DNA of 64,000 nt from a bacterium (GTDB taxonomy: Bacteria; Auribacterota; UBA3054), in the NCBI GenBank assembly GCA_017616555.1, contig JAFZXZ010000016.1, forward strand, positions 24,642 through 88,641, read 5' to 3'. The notes under the pieces were generated by a model. It saw only the letters and a list, made by a program, of their open reading frames with translations. It did no database searches and was not told where the DNA came from. This document shows, piece by piece, positions 33,279-42,946 of the stretch (the first letter of the stretch is position 1; each line of letters opens with the position of its first letter). The translations under genes and the position numbers were made by a program.

Positions 33279-34532
33279 ATGAAAGATAGTGAAAGAATAG
33301 TAGTCACCGGCCTTGGCGCCGTCGCCCCCACAGGGTACGGAGTCGCCAATAACTGGGATAGCGTCATAAACGGCAGATCAGGCATCGGCCCCATCACGCT
33401 CTTCGATTCCACCGAAAACAAAGTCCACATCGCCGGCGAATGCCATTACGACCCGACGCCTGGCGGATTCAGCGAGAGAGACGCCGCCCGCTACGACCGT
33501 TCCGTCCTCCACGCCGTCAACGCCGGCATGGAAGCGGTCAGGGACAGCGGCATAGATTTCGCCGCAAGAGGCGACAACCACGACGTCTGCATAATAATGG
33601 GTTCCGGCATCGGCGGCATCGACAATATTCAGAAGACCTGCGGCGTCATGTTTGAAAAAGGCCCCGGCCGCGTCACGCCATTTTTGGTCCCTTCCGGCAC
33701 GGCTGACGTAGGCGCGCATACGATAGCCATGCGCTACGGCATCCACGGCTTCACCTGCGGCGTAGCCACCGCCTGCGCCTCCGGAAACGACGCCATCTCC
33801 ACCGCTTTCTTAAGATTAAGGGCCGGCTTCGAAAAAATCGCCATCTGCGGCGGTTCCGAAGCCCCCGTCTGCAAGCTTTCCATCGCGACCTTCGCCAATA
33901 TGAAAGCCCTATCAAGTTGGGATGGCGACGGCGATCCCACCAGGGTTAGCCGCCCCTTCGACCGCAACAGAAGCGGCTTCGTCATTTCCGAAGGCGCCGG
34001 CGTCATCGTTTTGGAAACTCTTGCGCACGCCAAAGCCAGAGGCGCCCGCATCTACTGCGAATTGGGCGGCGTCGGCCAATCCACGGACGCCTACCACGTC
34101 ACGGCTCCGGAGCCGAGCGGCTCCTTTGTTGCCATGGCTATGCGCCAGGCCATAGAAAGAGCTGAAATTGACCCCAACACCGTCGATTACATCAACGCCC
34201 ACGGCACAAGTACGCACCACAACGACGTGATGGAAACGAACGCCATCAAGACCGTCTTCGGCGGCCACGCCAGGGAGCTTTGCGTAAGTTCCACAAAGTC
34301 CATGACGGGACACTGCGTAGCCGGCTGCGGCGGATTGGAAGCCGTTTTCTGCGTCAAAGCCATCGAGACCGGCATCGTTCCCCCGACCATCAACTACGAA
34401 GAGCCCGATCCGGAATGCGACCTGGACTACGTGCCGAACAAAGCCCGGGAATTGAAGGTCCGCGCGGCTATGTCCGACACCTTCGGCTTCGGCGGTCACA
34501 ACGCCGTCCTCCTCTTCAAGCGCTTTGAGTAA
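33279..34532 (+). CDS. fabF: beta-ketoacyl-ACP synthase II
   Basis: TACASG (catalytic Cys), SRPFD, YINAHGTST, KSMTGH, FGFGGHN. Confidence 0.95.
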   Translation: MKDSERIVVTGLGAVAPTGYGVANNWDSVINGRSGIGPITLFDSTENKVHIAGECHYDPTPGGFSERDAARYDRSVLHAVNAGMEAVRDSGIDFAARGDNHDVCIIMGSGIGGIDNIQKTCGVMFEKGPGRVTPFLVPSGTADVGAHTIAMRYGIHGFTCGVATACASGNDAISTAFLRLRAGFEKIAICGGSEAPVCKLSIATFANMKALSSWDGDGDPTRVSRPFDRNRSGFVISEGAGVIVLETLAHAKARGARIYCELGGVGQSTDAYHVTAPEPSGSFVAMAMRQAIERAEIDPNTVDYINAHGTSTHHNDVMETNAIKTVFGGHARELCVSSTKSMTGHCVAGCGGLEAVFCVKAIETGIVPPTINYEEPDPECDLDYVPNKARELKVRAAMSDTFGFGGHNAVLLFKRFE

Positions 34533-36009
34533 TCCTCCCCTCGAAGTCTCAGCCGCCGTAATAGAAGATCGCGGCAGGATCCTTTTAGCCCTGAGAAAAG
34601 ACCAGAATGGCGATCCTATTGGCTGGGAATTCCCTGGCGGCAAAAGGAAAGCAGGCGAGACTTTCTCCGCTTGCGCCGTAAGGGAAATAAAAGAGGAATT
34701 AAATGCCGACATCATCCCCACCGGCATTGTTTACGACAAGACCACCAACATCAGATTGGTGGGCGTCAGCGCAAAACTCAAAGGCTCCGATCCCATCCCT
34801 TTGGAGCACGCAAAACTTGCCTGGGTGAAAAGGCAGAACCTCCTAAGCTACGATCTTCTCCCCAACGACGTTTTTCTTGCCAAAGCCCTGACAGAAAACA
34901 TCTCTCTTCCCAGGATCGCTCCTCCCCAAAAACTTGCCCTCTACATCCACGTCCCCTTCTGCCTCAGGAAATGCCGCTACTGCGCCTTTTACAGTCATCC
35001 CCCGAAAAACGATGAGATCGACCTCTACGTCAAATCTCTCATAGCCCAGATCAGATCGCTTCTTCCCCTCATGCCCTACCGGGAGCTCTCCAGCGTCTAT
35101 TTCGGCGGAGGAACGCCCTCGCTTCTCCCGGGCAATGCCCTTCTGAAAGTCTGTGAGGCCGTAAAAGAGGCCGTTCGCTGGACACCCGATATCGAATGTA
35201 CCCTCGAGGCGAACCCCGCCGCATTTAAAGAGCAGGACCTAAAATTCTGGCGGCAAGCCGGCATAAACCGCATAAGCCTTGGCGTCCAATCGCTCCAGGA
35301 CAACGAGCTCCAATACCTGGGCCGCCTGCACAATGCCAAGCAAGCCAAAGATGCCTACCTAACGCTTAGGAAAAACGGCTTCAAGAATATCTCCCTGGAC
35401 CTCATGTACGGCCTGCCGCATCAAACTATCTCCTCCTGGCAAAACACCGTAAAAGAACTGCTCTCCTGGCAGCCCGAGCACATCTCCTTCTACGCCCTCT
35501 CAGTTGAAAAAGGCACGCCTCTGCAAAAGGAAAATCCAATTCTCCCCAGCGACGCCATGACAATGAAAGAATACTGGCTGGCCAGAAAGCTTCTGAAAGA
35601 ACAAGGCTTTGAGATGTACGAGATCTCCAACGCCGCCAGACCGAGCTTTTATTCCCGCCACAACTCCGCTTACTGGGACACCGAAAAACACTACCTCGGT
35701 TTAGGCCCGGGCGCCCACAGCTACTGCCGCTTCCCCTATCAAAACACAGCAAAGCGCGCCCACATCGATCCCGCCTGGAAGTTGATCACCACCAAACCGC
35801 TCAACAGGATCCAAAAGCTCGGTGAAAGAATTTACCTCGGCCTTAGAAAAACCGAGGGCGTCAAACTGACGCCCCAAGATGAAGAAATCTTTCATCAGCA
35901 GATCGAAGACCTCGCAGAACGCAAACTCGTGACCTATAAAGGCCGCACTCTGAAACTCACCCGCCGCGGCATCGAACTCGCCAACCAAGCAATGGCAGAA
36001 TTTATTTGA
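34525..36009 (+). CDS. hemW: NUDIX (MutT-like) hydrolase fused to HemW-like radical SAM heme chaperone
   Basis: [26 protein letters not shown] Nudix box; [44 protein letters not shown]. Confidence 0.85.
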   Translation: MSNPPLEVSAAVIEDRGRILLALRKDQNGDPIGWEFPGGKRKAGETFSACAVREIKEELNADIIPTGIVYDKTTNIRLVGVSAKLKGSDPIPLEHAKLAWVKRQNLLSYDLLPNDVFLAKALTENISLPRIAPPQKLALYIHVPFCLRKCRYCAFYSHPPKNDEIDLYVKSLIAQIRSLLPLMPYRELSSVYFGGGTPSLLPGNALLKVCEAVKEAVRWTPDIECTLEANPAAFKEQDLKFWRQAGINRISLGVQSLQDNELQYLGRLHNAKQAKDAYLTLRKNGFKNISLDLMYGLPHQTISSWQNTVKELLSWQPEHISFYALSVEKGTPLQKENPILPSDAMTMKEYWLARKLLKEQGFEMYEISNAARPSFYSRHNSAYWDTEKHYLGLGPGAHSYCRFPYQNTAKRAHIDPAWKLITTKPLNRIQKLGERIYLGLRKTEGVKLTPQDEEIFHQQIEDLAERKLVTYKGRTLKLTRRGIELANQAMAEFI

Positions 36010-36556
36010 GCGCTTCGTAGCCTTCGTAATAATAGGAGCGCTCCAGGCCTTTGAAAATGATCTCTCGGTTTTCCGTTTCGGAGGTCAGGGCTTTTTCCAA
36101 AAGTGTTTTCAATTCCAAGTCGTTGACCGGACTTCTTTCCATGGCGGAAAGATACTGGTCTTTTTCTATAAGGCTCCAGTTTACGACCTTTCCAAGGCGT
36201 TTTTTCAAGATCATGTCGAGCCAGATACGCGTCGCCCTGCCGTTGCCCTCCATAAAGGGATGAGCAATGTTCATTTCAACGTATTTTTTCACTATAGCGT
36301 CGAAACTATCTTCGGGCATCTTTTCAATGACCGGGAGGATCTGGGGAAGATAGAGAGCGTTCGCAAAACGGAAATTGCCTTTCGAAATGTTTAGTTCCCT
36401 TATTTTGCCGGCGAAATCGTAAAGGCCTTGGAAAAGCGCGGAGTGAATAGCGCAAAGCCCGGCGACCGTCCCGACTTCGCAGCCGTAAACTTCGCCAGTC
36501 TCGAAAATCTTTCTAGCATTTTCTAGGCTAATTTCGTCTATTTCTCTCTGTGTCAT
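36002..36556 (-). CDS. Fic-family AMP transferase, class III (self-inhibited)
   Basis: [15 protein letters not shown] motif; C-terminal SYYYEG inhibitory motif. Confidence 0.92.
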   Translation of the reverse strand: MTQREIDEISLENARKIFETGEVYGCEVGTVAGLCAIHSALFQGLYDFAGKIRELNISKGNFRFANALYLPQILPVIEKMPEDSFDAIVKKYVEMNIAHPFMEGNGRATRIWLDMILKKRLGKVVNWSLIEKDQYLSAMERSPVNDLELKTLLEKALTSETENREIIFKGLERSYYYEGYEALK

Positions 36557-36603
36557 AAAAGCCTCTTTCTAGGCTTATATTATACCATTTCTGCCTGATC
36601 TTT

Positions 36604-37404
36604 TCAGGCTTTGGCGCGAAGTTCGGAGATGATGGTCTTAATGAGGAATACCAGACCAGTAAGGAGGACGATGGTCGCTCCGGAAGGATAGTCAAACCTG
36701 AAGGAAATGAAGAGCCCTGCGGCGATAAGCGCGGCGCTGATAAGAGAGGAGCCGAGCATGACGACGTGGAGGCGGTTGGTGTGCCTTAACATCATGGTGG
36801 GCGGCAGCGCCATCAGGGCGATGACCATTATGAGGCCTACTACGCGCATGACGCAGATGACGGTCAGCGCGATAAGGGAAAGCAGAAGAAGATAGAAGAA
36901 ATTGGTCGGCAGTCCCCTTAGCGTCGCGTATTCCTCATCAAAGCAGACGATGCGGAGCGGCTTGTAGAAAAGCGCTGTGATTATGATTATGATCGCGTCG
37001 AGAACGACAACGTTCACAATGTCCAGAGGAGAGATGAGCAATATGTTGCCGAAAAGGTAACTCATCAGGTCGCTCTGATAGCCCGGGGAGAGCGCGGCAA
37101 GAAGAACGCCCAGCGCCATGCCGATAGACCAGAGCGCCGCGATGATGGGCTCTTCGTAGCGCTTGACTCTGCGGCTTACGATGCCTAAGATTAGGGCCGC
37201 CAATTGTCCGCTGATGAAAATGCCCCAGACGGGAGCGATGTTAAAAAAGAGCGCAACGCCGACGCCGCCTAAGACGGCGTGAGCGATTCCGCCCGTGATG
37301 AAGGTAAGCCTTCTGACGACCACCAGACTGCCGACAATGCCGCAGGCGACCGAGATGAGAAGACCGGCCAGGAGCGCTTTGAGAAGGAAGGGATCGCTAA
37401 ACAT
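36604..37404 (-). CDS. znuB: Zn/Mn ABC transporter permease
   Basis: GGIAHAVLGG, YLFGNILL, VMRVVGLIMVIALM; start set at 37404. Confidence 0.88.
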   Translation of the reverse strand: MFSDPFLLKALLAGLLISVACGIVGSLVVVRRLTFITGGIAHAVLGGVGVALFFNIAPVWGIFISGQLAALILGIVSRRVKRYEEPIIAALWSIGMALGVLLAALSPGYQSDLMSYLFGNILLISPLDIVNVVVLDAIIIIITALFYKPLRIVCFDEEYATLRGLPTNFFYLLLLSLIALTVICVMRVVGLIMVIALMALPPTMMLRHTNRLHVVMLGSSLISAALIAAGLFISFRFDYPSGATIVLLTGLVFLIKTIISELRAKA

Positions 37405-38156
37405 TATTCCTCCTCCCCGTGGCAGTGGTGGCAGTGGTTCACAAGATGAACGTGGCCGCCGTAAAGCGATTCTATGACTTCCGGAGTCAGCTTCGAGCCG
37501 TCGTGCTGATAGAGTTTTTCGTTCAGGCAAAGGATGGAGGTGACGCTGGAAGTGACGAAACCGATGTCGTGGGAAACGATGATTATCGTATGATCCTTGT
37601 TCAGTTCCTGGAAGAGGCCGTAAAGGCTGACGCCCACGGCGGGATCGACGTTGGCGGTCGGTTCGTCGAGGAGCAGTATCTCAGGGCTTGAGACAAGGGC
37701 TCTCGCAATAAGAGCGCGCTGCAGTTCGCCGCCGGACAATTCCCCTACCGCGCGTTTCTGGTAGCCGTCTAAGTAAACGCTTTTCAAGGCTTCGGAGATC
37801 CTTCCCCTGGCTTCTTTTTTGCTCATAGGCAAGAAGCCGCAGCGGTTCAGAAGGCCGGCCTCGATAAGGGCCGCCACGTTGATCGGGAACTGCCTGTCAA
37901 CGTTGAAATACTGGGGAACGTAGCCGATGCGCGATCTGGTTTCCTCCGGATCTTTGCCGAAAAGCGTGATCTTCCCCTTCTGCGGTTTCAGAAGGCCCAA
38001 GACAAGCTTAAGCAGCGTGGTCTTGCCGCCGCCGTTGGGGCCGACGATGCCGACATACTCTCCCCTCTTTATTGAGAAGGAAACGTCGTTCAGGACAAGG
38101 TGCGGTCCGTAGCCGAAGGTGACGCCCTTGAAAGTCATTATCGTGTCGCCGTTCAT
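37404..38156 (-). CDS. znuC: Zn/Mn ABC transporter ATPase
   Basis: GPNGGGKTT, IGYVPQ, LSGGELQR, LLDEPT, SHD; start set at 38156. Confidence 0.9.
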   Translation of the reverse strand: MNGDTIMTFKGVTFGYGPHLVLNDVSFSIKRGEYVGIVGPNGGGKTTLLKLVLGLLKPQKGKITLFGKDPEETRSRIGYVPQYFNVDRQFPINVAALIEAGLLNRCGFLPMSKKEARGRISEALKSVYLDGYQKRAVGELSGGELQRALIARALVSSPEILLLDEPTANVDPAVGVSLYGLFQELNKDHTIIIVSHDIGFVTSSVTSILCLNEKLYQHDGSKLTPEVIESLYGGHVHLVNHCHHCHGEEE

Positions 38157-39046
38157 TCTTCCCCTCGGATGTTTTTGGCGAGCGCCCTTAGTTCCTCGTA
38201 ATAATTGGTGGACAGGGCGTCCCTTTTGATGACCTTCAATCCTGCGCTTTTCGCGATATGCGTGGCGAGCCTTTCGTTCAAGCCCGGCTGGATGATCAGA
38301 CAATTGAGTTTTTCTTCGCCCGCTTTCCTGAGCGATTCGCTAAGACTCTTGGGAGTCGGTTCGGAGCCTTCTTTTTCCACGGCGATCTCGGTAAGGCCGT
38401 AGTCGTAGGCGAAGCAGGAATAGGCGGGATGGAAGGTCAGGAAAGTCTTGGGCCCGTTCTCAAAAGTTTCTTTAAGTTCCTGATCGAAAGCCGCGAGCTC
38501 TTTTTCAAGCTCAACTTTTCTATCTTCGATCTCTGCTTTTTTCTCGGGATAGAGCTCTTCGATCTTTTCCGCCATAAGTTTGACCATCTGCAGCATCAGT
38601 TTTGGCGAAAGCCAAATGTGGGGATCGTGATGGTGTCCGTGATGTTCCTCATGATCGTGATCATGATCTTCTTCATGGTCCTCTTCCTTGTAAACGGCGT
38701 GGAAAAGGTCGAGGACTTTGGGGCCCTTGCCATTGGTCCTTTTGACAAGCTCCTGCTCGAAAGGCAGTCCCGTCATAATGAAGAGCTTCGAACCGTAGTA
38801 GCCGGAGCCTTTCTTGGGGGAAGGCTCGTAGGAATGGGGATTGGCGCCGGAGGGCATGAAACTTTCGCATTTGACATCGGGGCCTGCCAGCCTTTGCGCG
38901 AAGGGCAGAAGGGGCGGAATGGAAACGTAAACGTCAACCTTGTCCTCCGCTTTGGGGGCGCAGGAGGCAATTAGAAGCGCCACAAGGCCCAGGAAGGCCG
39001 GTTTCGCCGCTTTCGCTAGTAAGTTTATGCCTGACGTTTTAAGCAT
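38153..39046 (-). CDS. znuA: Zn ABC transporter substrate-binding lipoprotein with His-rich loop
   Basis: lipobox LIASC, PHSYEP, HEEDHDHDHEEHHGHHHDPHIWLSP, FHPAY. Confidence 0.9.
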   Translation of the reverse strand: MLKTSGINLLAKAAKPAFLGLVALLIASCAPKAEDKVDVYVSIPPLLPFAQRLAGPDVKCESFMPSGANPHSYEPSPKKGSGYYGSKLFIMTGLPFEQELVKRTNGKGPKVLDLFHAVYKEEDHEEDHDHDHEEHHGHHHDPHIWLSPKLMLQMVKLMAEKIEELYPEKKAEIEDRKVELEKELAAFDQELKETFENGPKTFLTFHPAYSCFAYDYGLTEIAVEKEGSEPTPKSLSESLRKAGEEKLNCLIIQPGLNERLATHIAKSAGLKVIKRDALSTNYYEELRALAKNIRGEE

Positions 39047-39776
39047 CGGTTTTTAAAGCCGTGGTAATTTTTTCCAGATTCTTTCCCGCTTCCGCTTTCA
39101 GCTTCTCCAAGTCCCAGGTCAGTATCTCGTCCAAGCTTTTGGCTTCCTCTATTGTGAGGAAACCGCCTTTCGTTCTTCTCAGTTCGGTCAAGGTACCGCC
39201 GCAGCCTAGCTTCTGGCCGATGTCGTGGGCCAAGGTCCTGACATAGGTGCCTTTTGAACAGACGCAGGAGAGTTTCGCCTCACTGCCCTTCAGTTCCAAA
39301 AGTTCCAGCTCGTAGATCGTGACAGGACGTTTCTCTCTCTCTATTTCCTGTCCTTTCCTCGCTATGTCGTAAAGTTTTTTGCCCTTCACCTTGATGGCGG
39401 AGAACATAGGCGGAAGCTGCTCTATCTCTCCTTTGAATTCGGGAAGGACTTTTAGCAGCATTTCCTTTCCGAAGCCTTCCGGCAACGGGCTTTCCTTCAC
39501 CACTTCGCCAGTTATGTCCTGAGTGTTGGTCTCGATGCCGAAGCGGACCGTCATCTCGTATGTTTTTTTCGACGCCATCAGAGTATCGGAAAGCTTAGTA
39601 CTTTTTCCTAAGAGCACCGCCAATACTCCTGTCGCCATCGGATCCAAAGTTCCAGCGTGGCCGATCTTTTTTATTCTGAAAGCGCCTCTTAATTTGGCTA
39701 TGACGTCGTGGGAAGTCCAGTCCTTGGGTTTGTCAACTGGAAGGATCCCCTGCACATCGTTCTGTTCCCGGGCCAT
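39039..39776 (-). CDS. truB: tRNA pseudouridine(55) synthase
   Basis: DKPKDWTSHD, GHAGTLDPMATG, PPMFSAIK, CSKGTYVR; lacks PUA domain. Confidence 0.95.
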   Translation of the reverse strand: MAREQNDVQGILPVDKPKDWTSHDVIAKLRGAFRIKKIGHAGTLDPMATGVLAVLLGKSTKLSDTLMASKKTYEMTVRFGIETNTQDITGEVVKESPLPEGFGKEMLLKVLPEFKGEIEQLPPMFSAIKVKGKKLYDIARKGQEIEREKRPVTIYELELLELKGSEAKLSCVCSKGTYVRTLAHDIGQKLGCGGTLTELRRTKGGFLTIEEAKSLDEILTWDLEKLKAEAGKNLEKITTALKTDA

Positions 39777-40606
39777 TATTCCTCTTGGCTTTCCTGGTTC
39801 TCAGCTTTAGCTTTCGGAGGGAACAGGGCGCGGCGGGCGGCCTGCAGAAGCCCGTAGAAAAGGTAACCAAGGAAAAGGACGGGCAAGACCAGTCCCGGCC
39901 TGAAGATCAGCGCCACCAGAATGAAGACGATCAAAACCAGATAGATGAAAGGATGCCTCTGCCAGACGATCTGCTTGGCCGGAGCCGGGAAGCGAATGGT
40001 CGCGACCATCAGAAGGCCCAGTCCCACCGGAACGAAAGGCACGATATAATTCTGCAATATCTCGTGGAAGGAGTTCGTTCCTGGCTTGAGATAGCCGTGG
40101 GAGAGAAGCAAAAGATATGAGATCATCACGCCCGCGGCCTCAGGCGTCGGAATACCGGAGAAAGTTTTGCCCTCGTCTTCGATCTGCGCGTTGAAGCGCG
40201 CCAGGCGCAGAGCCGCGCAGCAGGTGTAAACCATACAGCAGGGCAGGACCAGTTTCCTTACGGGATCGGGAATGTCTTTCAGGACGAAAATGTACATGAG
40301 GACGGACGGCGCAACGCCGAACGTCACCAGGTCGGCAAGAGAGTCGAGCTCCATGCCGAAGCGGCTGCTGGTCTTCGTAAGCCTGGCGACGAAACCGTCG
40401 AAGACGTCGAAGATCATGCCGAAAAAGACGCACATGGCGGCCTGGGTAAGCCGCTTGTTGCTGAAATCATTGTTGGCGAAAGCGCCCAACGATATCATGA
40501 TGGCGTTGACGCCCATCACAAGGTTGCAGGCCGTGACAAAATTGGGAAGAATGTGGATCTTCTTCCGCATCTTGTCTTTCATTTTGTTTTTTAAATTTCC
40601 TCTCAT
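39776..40606 (-). CDS. pssA: CDP-diacylglycerol--serine O-phosphatidyltransferase
   Basis: PNFVT, DVFDGFVAR...SRFGMELDSLADLVTFG, LRLARFN; start may be a few codons later. Confidence 0.88.
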   Translation of the reverse strand: MRGNLKNKMKDKMRKKIHILPNFVTACNLVMGVNAIMISLGAFANNDFSNKRLTQAAMCVFFGMIFDVFDGFVARLTKTSSRFGMELDSLADLVTFGVAPSVLMYIFVLKDIPDPVRKLVLPCCMVYTCCAALRLARFNAQIEDEGKTFSGIPTPEAAGVMISYLLLLSHGYLKPGTNSFHEILQNYIVPFVPVGLGLLMVATIRFPAPAKQIVWQRHPFIYLVLIVFILVALIFRPGLVLPVLFLGYLFYGLLQAARRALFPPKAKAENQESQEE

Positions 40607-40613
40607 AATTCTA

Positions 40614-42140
40614 TTATTTTACCATAACGTTCTTGGGATTCCTAAACAGCAGCCCAATAAGAAAAACCAGAAAAGCCACAACAAAAAGCCCGAGGTCGCC
40701 GTATTTGGCGTAGATCGTCTCCCTGGGAGAATAAACACAAGCGCTGCAGATAAGTTCGCCGGGCACCATAACGCTCTTGCCGTCATTTGAAAGCAGGGCC
40801 TTTTCTCTGCCCGTTCTGTCAATGAGAACGGTTATGCCGGTGTTGCTTGAACGCAATAGTTCGCGCCGCGTTTCTATCGCCCGGAAACTAGAGAGAGCAG
40901 CGTGCTGGTAAGGTCCGGGAGAATCGAAGAACCAGCCGTCGTTGGTGATGTTGACCAGTATCTCTGCTCCCTCCTTCACGGCCTCCCTGGCGCTGTTTGG
41001 GAAAACGTCCTCGAAGCAGACGAGCGCGCCCAATTTTAGGGTCGAGCCTTTCTCGGTCTTAAGATTGAGCACGTGGGACAGTTCGCCGGGAGTGTAGCTG
41101 CTGGGAATGGGCGTCAAAAGCTTCAAAAAAGGAAGATAGCGTTCCAGCGGCACGTATTCGCCGAAAATGACAAGGTGCTTTTTGTAATAACGCTCTCTTG
41201 GCAGCATGGCGGAGTTGTCAAGCAGAGCCGCGGAGTTGAAAAACTGTATGTTCCCCTGCTTGTCCTTTTCCGCCCAGGTCAGGCCGCAGAGCAGAGGGAC
41301 TTTGACTTCCGTTCTGAATCTTCGGAGGACCTTAATGGCCGGATTGGCGTAGTCGTTGTAAATGCCCGGGACGCCGGTCTCGGGCCAGATGACGAGATCG
41401 CTTTCAGATGCCGCCTTCTCAGTCGCCTTGAGATAACTGTCCAGGGTGTCTTCGTCCTTGCTCTCGTCGTGCTTCAGTTCCGGAGGCAGATTCAGCTGGA
41501 TCATGGCAACGCGCAGAGATTCAATAGGAGTTTCGCTCCCCAATTCCCTTATCCTGTAAAAGCCGTAGCAAGCCGAAAGCGTCCAAAGCAAAAGGACGAC
41601 AGCCAAAGTAATGAAAGACTTAACGCGTCGATTGCAAGCGATACCCGCGATAGTTGCGGAAGTGAAGGCCAAGAGAAAGCTTATAAAATGCACGCCGAAG
41701 ATATCCGCCGTCTGGATCAAAAGCAGATTCCTGTGAAGCGTCATCCCGAGCAGCAGCCAGGGGAAGCCCGTGAAAATGAAAGAGATCGTCAGTTCATAAA
41801 AAAGGAAGAAAAGCGCCAGGGACAGAACCGGATAGAAGCCTTTCCTGACAAAATACATCGCCAACAAAACAAAGACGGCGAAAATGAGCGCCAGGAAAGC
41901 GGAGAGCGCCAGCATCCCGGCGCAGCTAACGTACCCCAGCCACCAGATGCTTGAGACATGCCAGATCAGTGCAAGAAGATAAGCGCTGAAAAAGACGCCC
42001 TTCCACGTTCCTTCTTTCCTGATAAGCAGAGCGCTGAAAAACGGCGCCAGGGCAATTGGCGCAAGGAAAGCAAATCCAAACTTCGGGAATGAGAGCGTCA
42101 GAAGGACAGCGCTTAATATCGAACCGAAAAGAAGGATCAC
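40614..42140 (-). CDS. lnt: apolipoprotein N-acyltransferase
   Basis: FTGFPW, IWPET, KKHLVIFGEY, VCFEDVF, NDGWF, RSSNTG. Confidence 0.93.
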   Translation of the reverse strand: MILLFGSILSAVLLTLSFPKFGFAFLAPIALAPFFSALLIRKEGTWKGVFFSAYLLALIWHVSSIWWLGYVSCAGMLALSAFLALIFAVFVLLAMYFVRKGFYPVLSLALFFLFYELTISFIFTGFPWLLLGMTLHRNLLLIQTADIFGVHFISFLLAFTSATIAGIACNRRVKSFITLAVVLLLWTLSACYGFYRIRELGSETPIESLRVAMIQLNLPPELKHDESKDEDTLDSYLKATEKAASESDLVIWPETGVPGIYNDYANPAIKVLRRFRTEVKVPLLCGLTWAEKDKQGNIQFFNSAALLDNSAMLPRERYYKKHLVIFGEYVPLERYLPFLKLLTPIPSSYTPGELSHVLNLKTEKGSTLKLGALVCFEDVFPNSAREAVKEGAEILVNITNDGWFFDSPGPYQHAALSSFRAIETRRELLRSSNTGITVLIDRTGREKALLSNDGKSVMVPGELICSACVYSPRETIYAKYGDLGLFVVAFLVFLIGLLFRNPKNVMVK

Positions 42141-42946
42141 GCCTGCTCCTCCCGCTTCGTTACGATCTCCTGCCTGGAGCTCCAGATAAGTATGAGAACG
42201 CCGGCGATCAACGTGAGTATGCTGTAAATTTGCCCCTTCGTAAGACCGCAGCAGCCGGCCAGGACGGAATCCTCCGCCCTGAAGGGTTCCGTGATGATCC
42301 TAAGTACTCCGTACGTCACGCCGAAGACGCCGCTCAAAAAGCCGTTCTTCCTCGGCTTCCTGGCAAATAGGAACATGACAGCAAAAAGCACGACTCCGTC
42401 CGTGAAAGCCTGGTAAAGCTGGACCGGGTGCCTGGGAAGATCGTCCACCTGCGGAAAGATGACAGCCCAGGGAACGTCCGTCACCTTGCCGTGCAATTCA
42501 CCGTTGATGAAATTGGCCACCCGGCCAAGTCCCAATCCTACGGTGCTGACCAAAGCGGTGTTGTCCAATAAATGCATGAAGGGAACCTTCATCTTCCTTG
42601 CGTAAAGCCAGAGACCCACAGCCGCGCCTACCATCCCGCCGTGGAAGCTCATGCCGCCTTCCCAGACTTTTATGATGTCCAATGGATGCGTCAAAAAATA
42701 CGGAGCGTTGTAAAGAAAGCAGTTCCCCAGCCTTCCGCCGATCAGTATTCCAAGGAAACCGTAGAAGGCCATGTCCTGGATATTCTCTTTTTTCGGCAGG
42801 ACGAAAAGGCCCTTCTCCTGCCTCTTTCCAAGCCACCAAACCGCGATGAAGAGCCCTAAAACATACATTACTCCGTACCAGCGGATATTGAGAGGGCCCA
42901 AATGCAGAAGCACAGGATCCAGATTATGCACCCAGTAAGAATTCAT
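42137..42946 (-). CDS. lgt: prolipoprotein diacylglyceryl transferase
   Basis: IRWYG, GGRLG, GGMSFHGG, GRVANFINGE, HPVQLY. Confidence 0.96.
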   Translation of the reverse strand: MNSYWVHNLDPVLLHLGPLNIRWYGVMYVLGLFIAVWWLGKRQEKGLFVLPKKENIQDMAFYGFLGILIGGRLGNCFLYNAPYFLTHPLDIIKVWEGGMSFHGGMVGAAVGLWLYARKMKVPFMHLLDNTALVSTVGLGLGRVANFINGELHGKVTDVPWAVIFPQVDDLPRHPVQLYQAFTDGVVLFAVMFLFARKPRKNGFLSGVFGVTYGVLRIITEPFRAEDSVLAGCCGLTKGQIYSILTLIAGVLILIWSSRQEIVTKREEQA

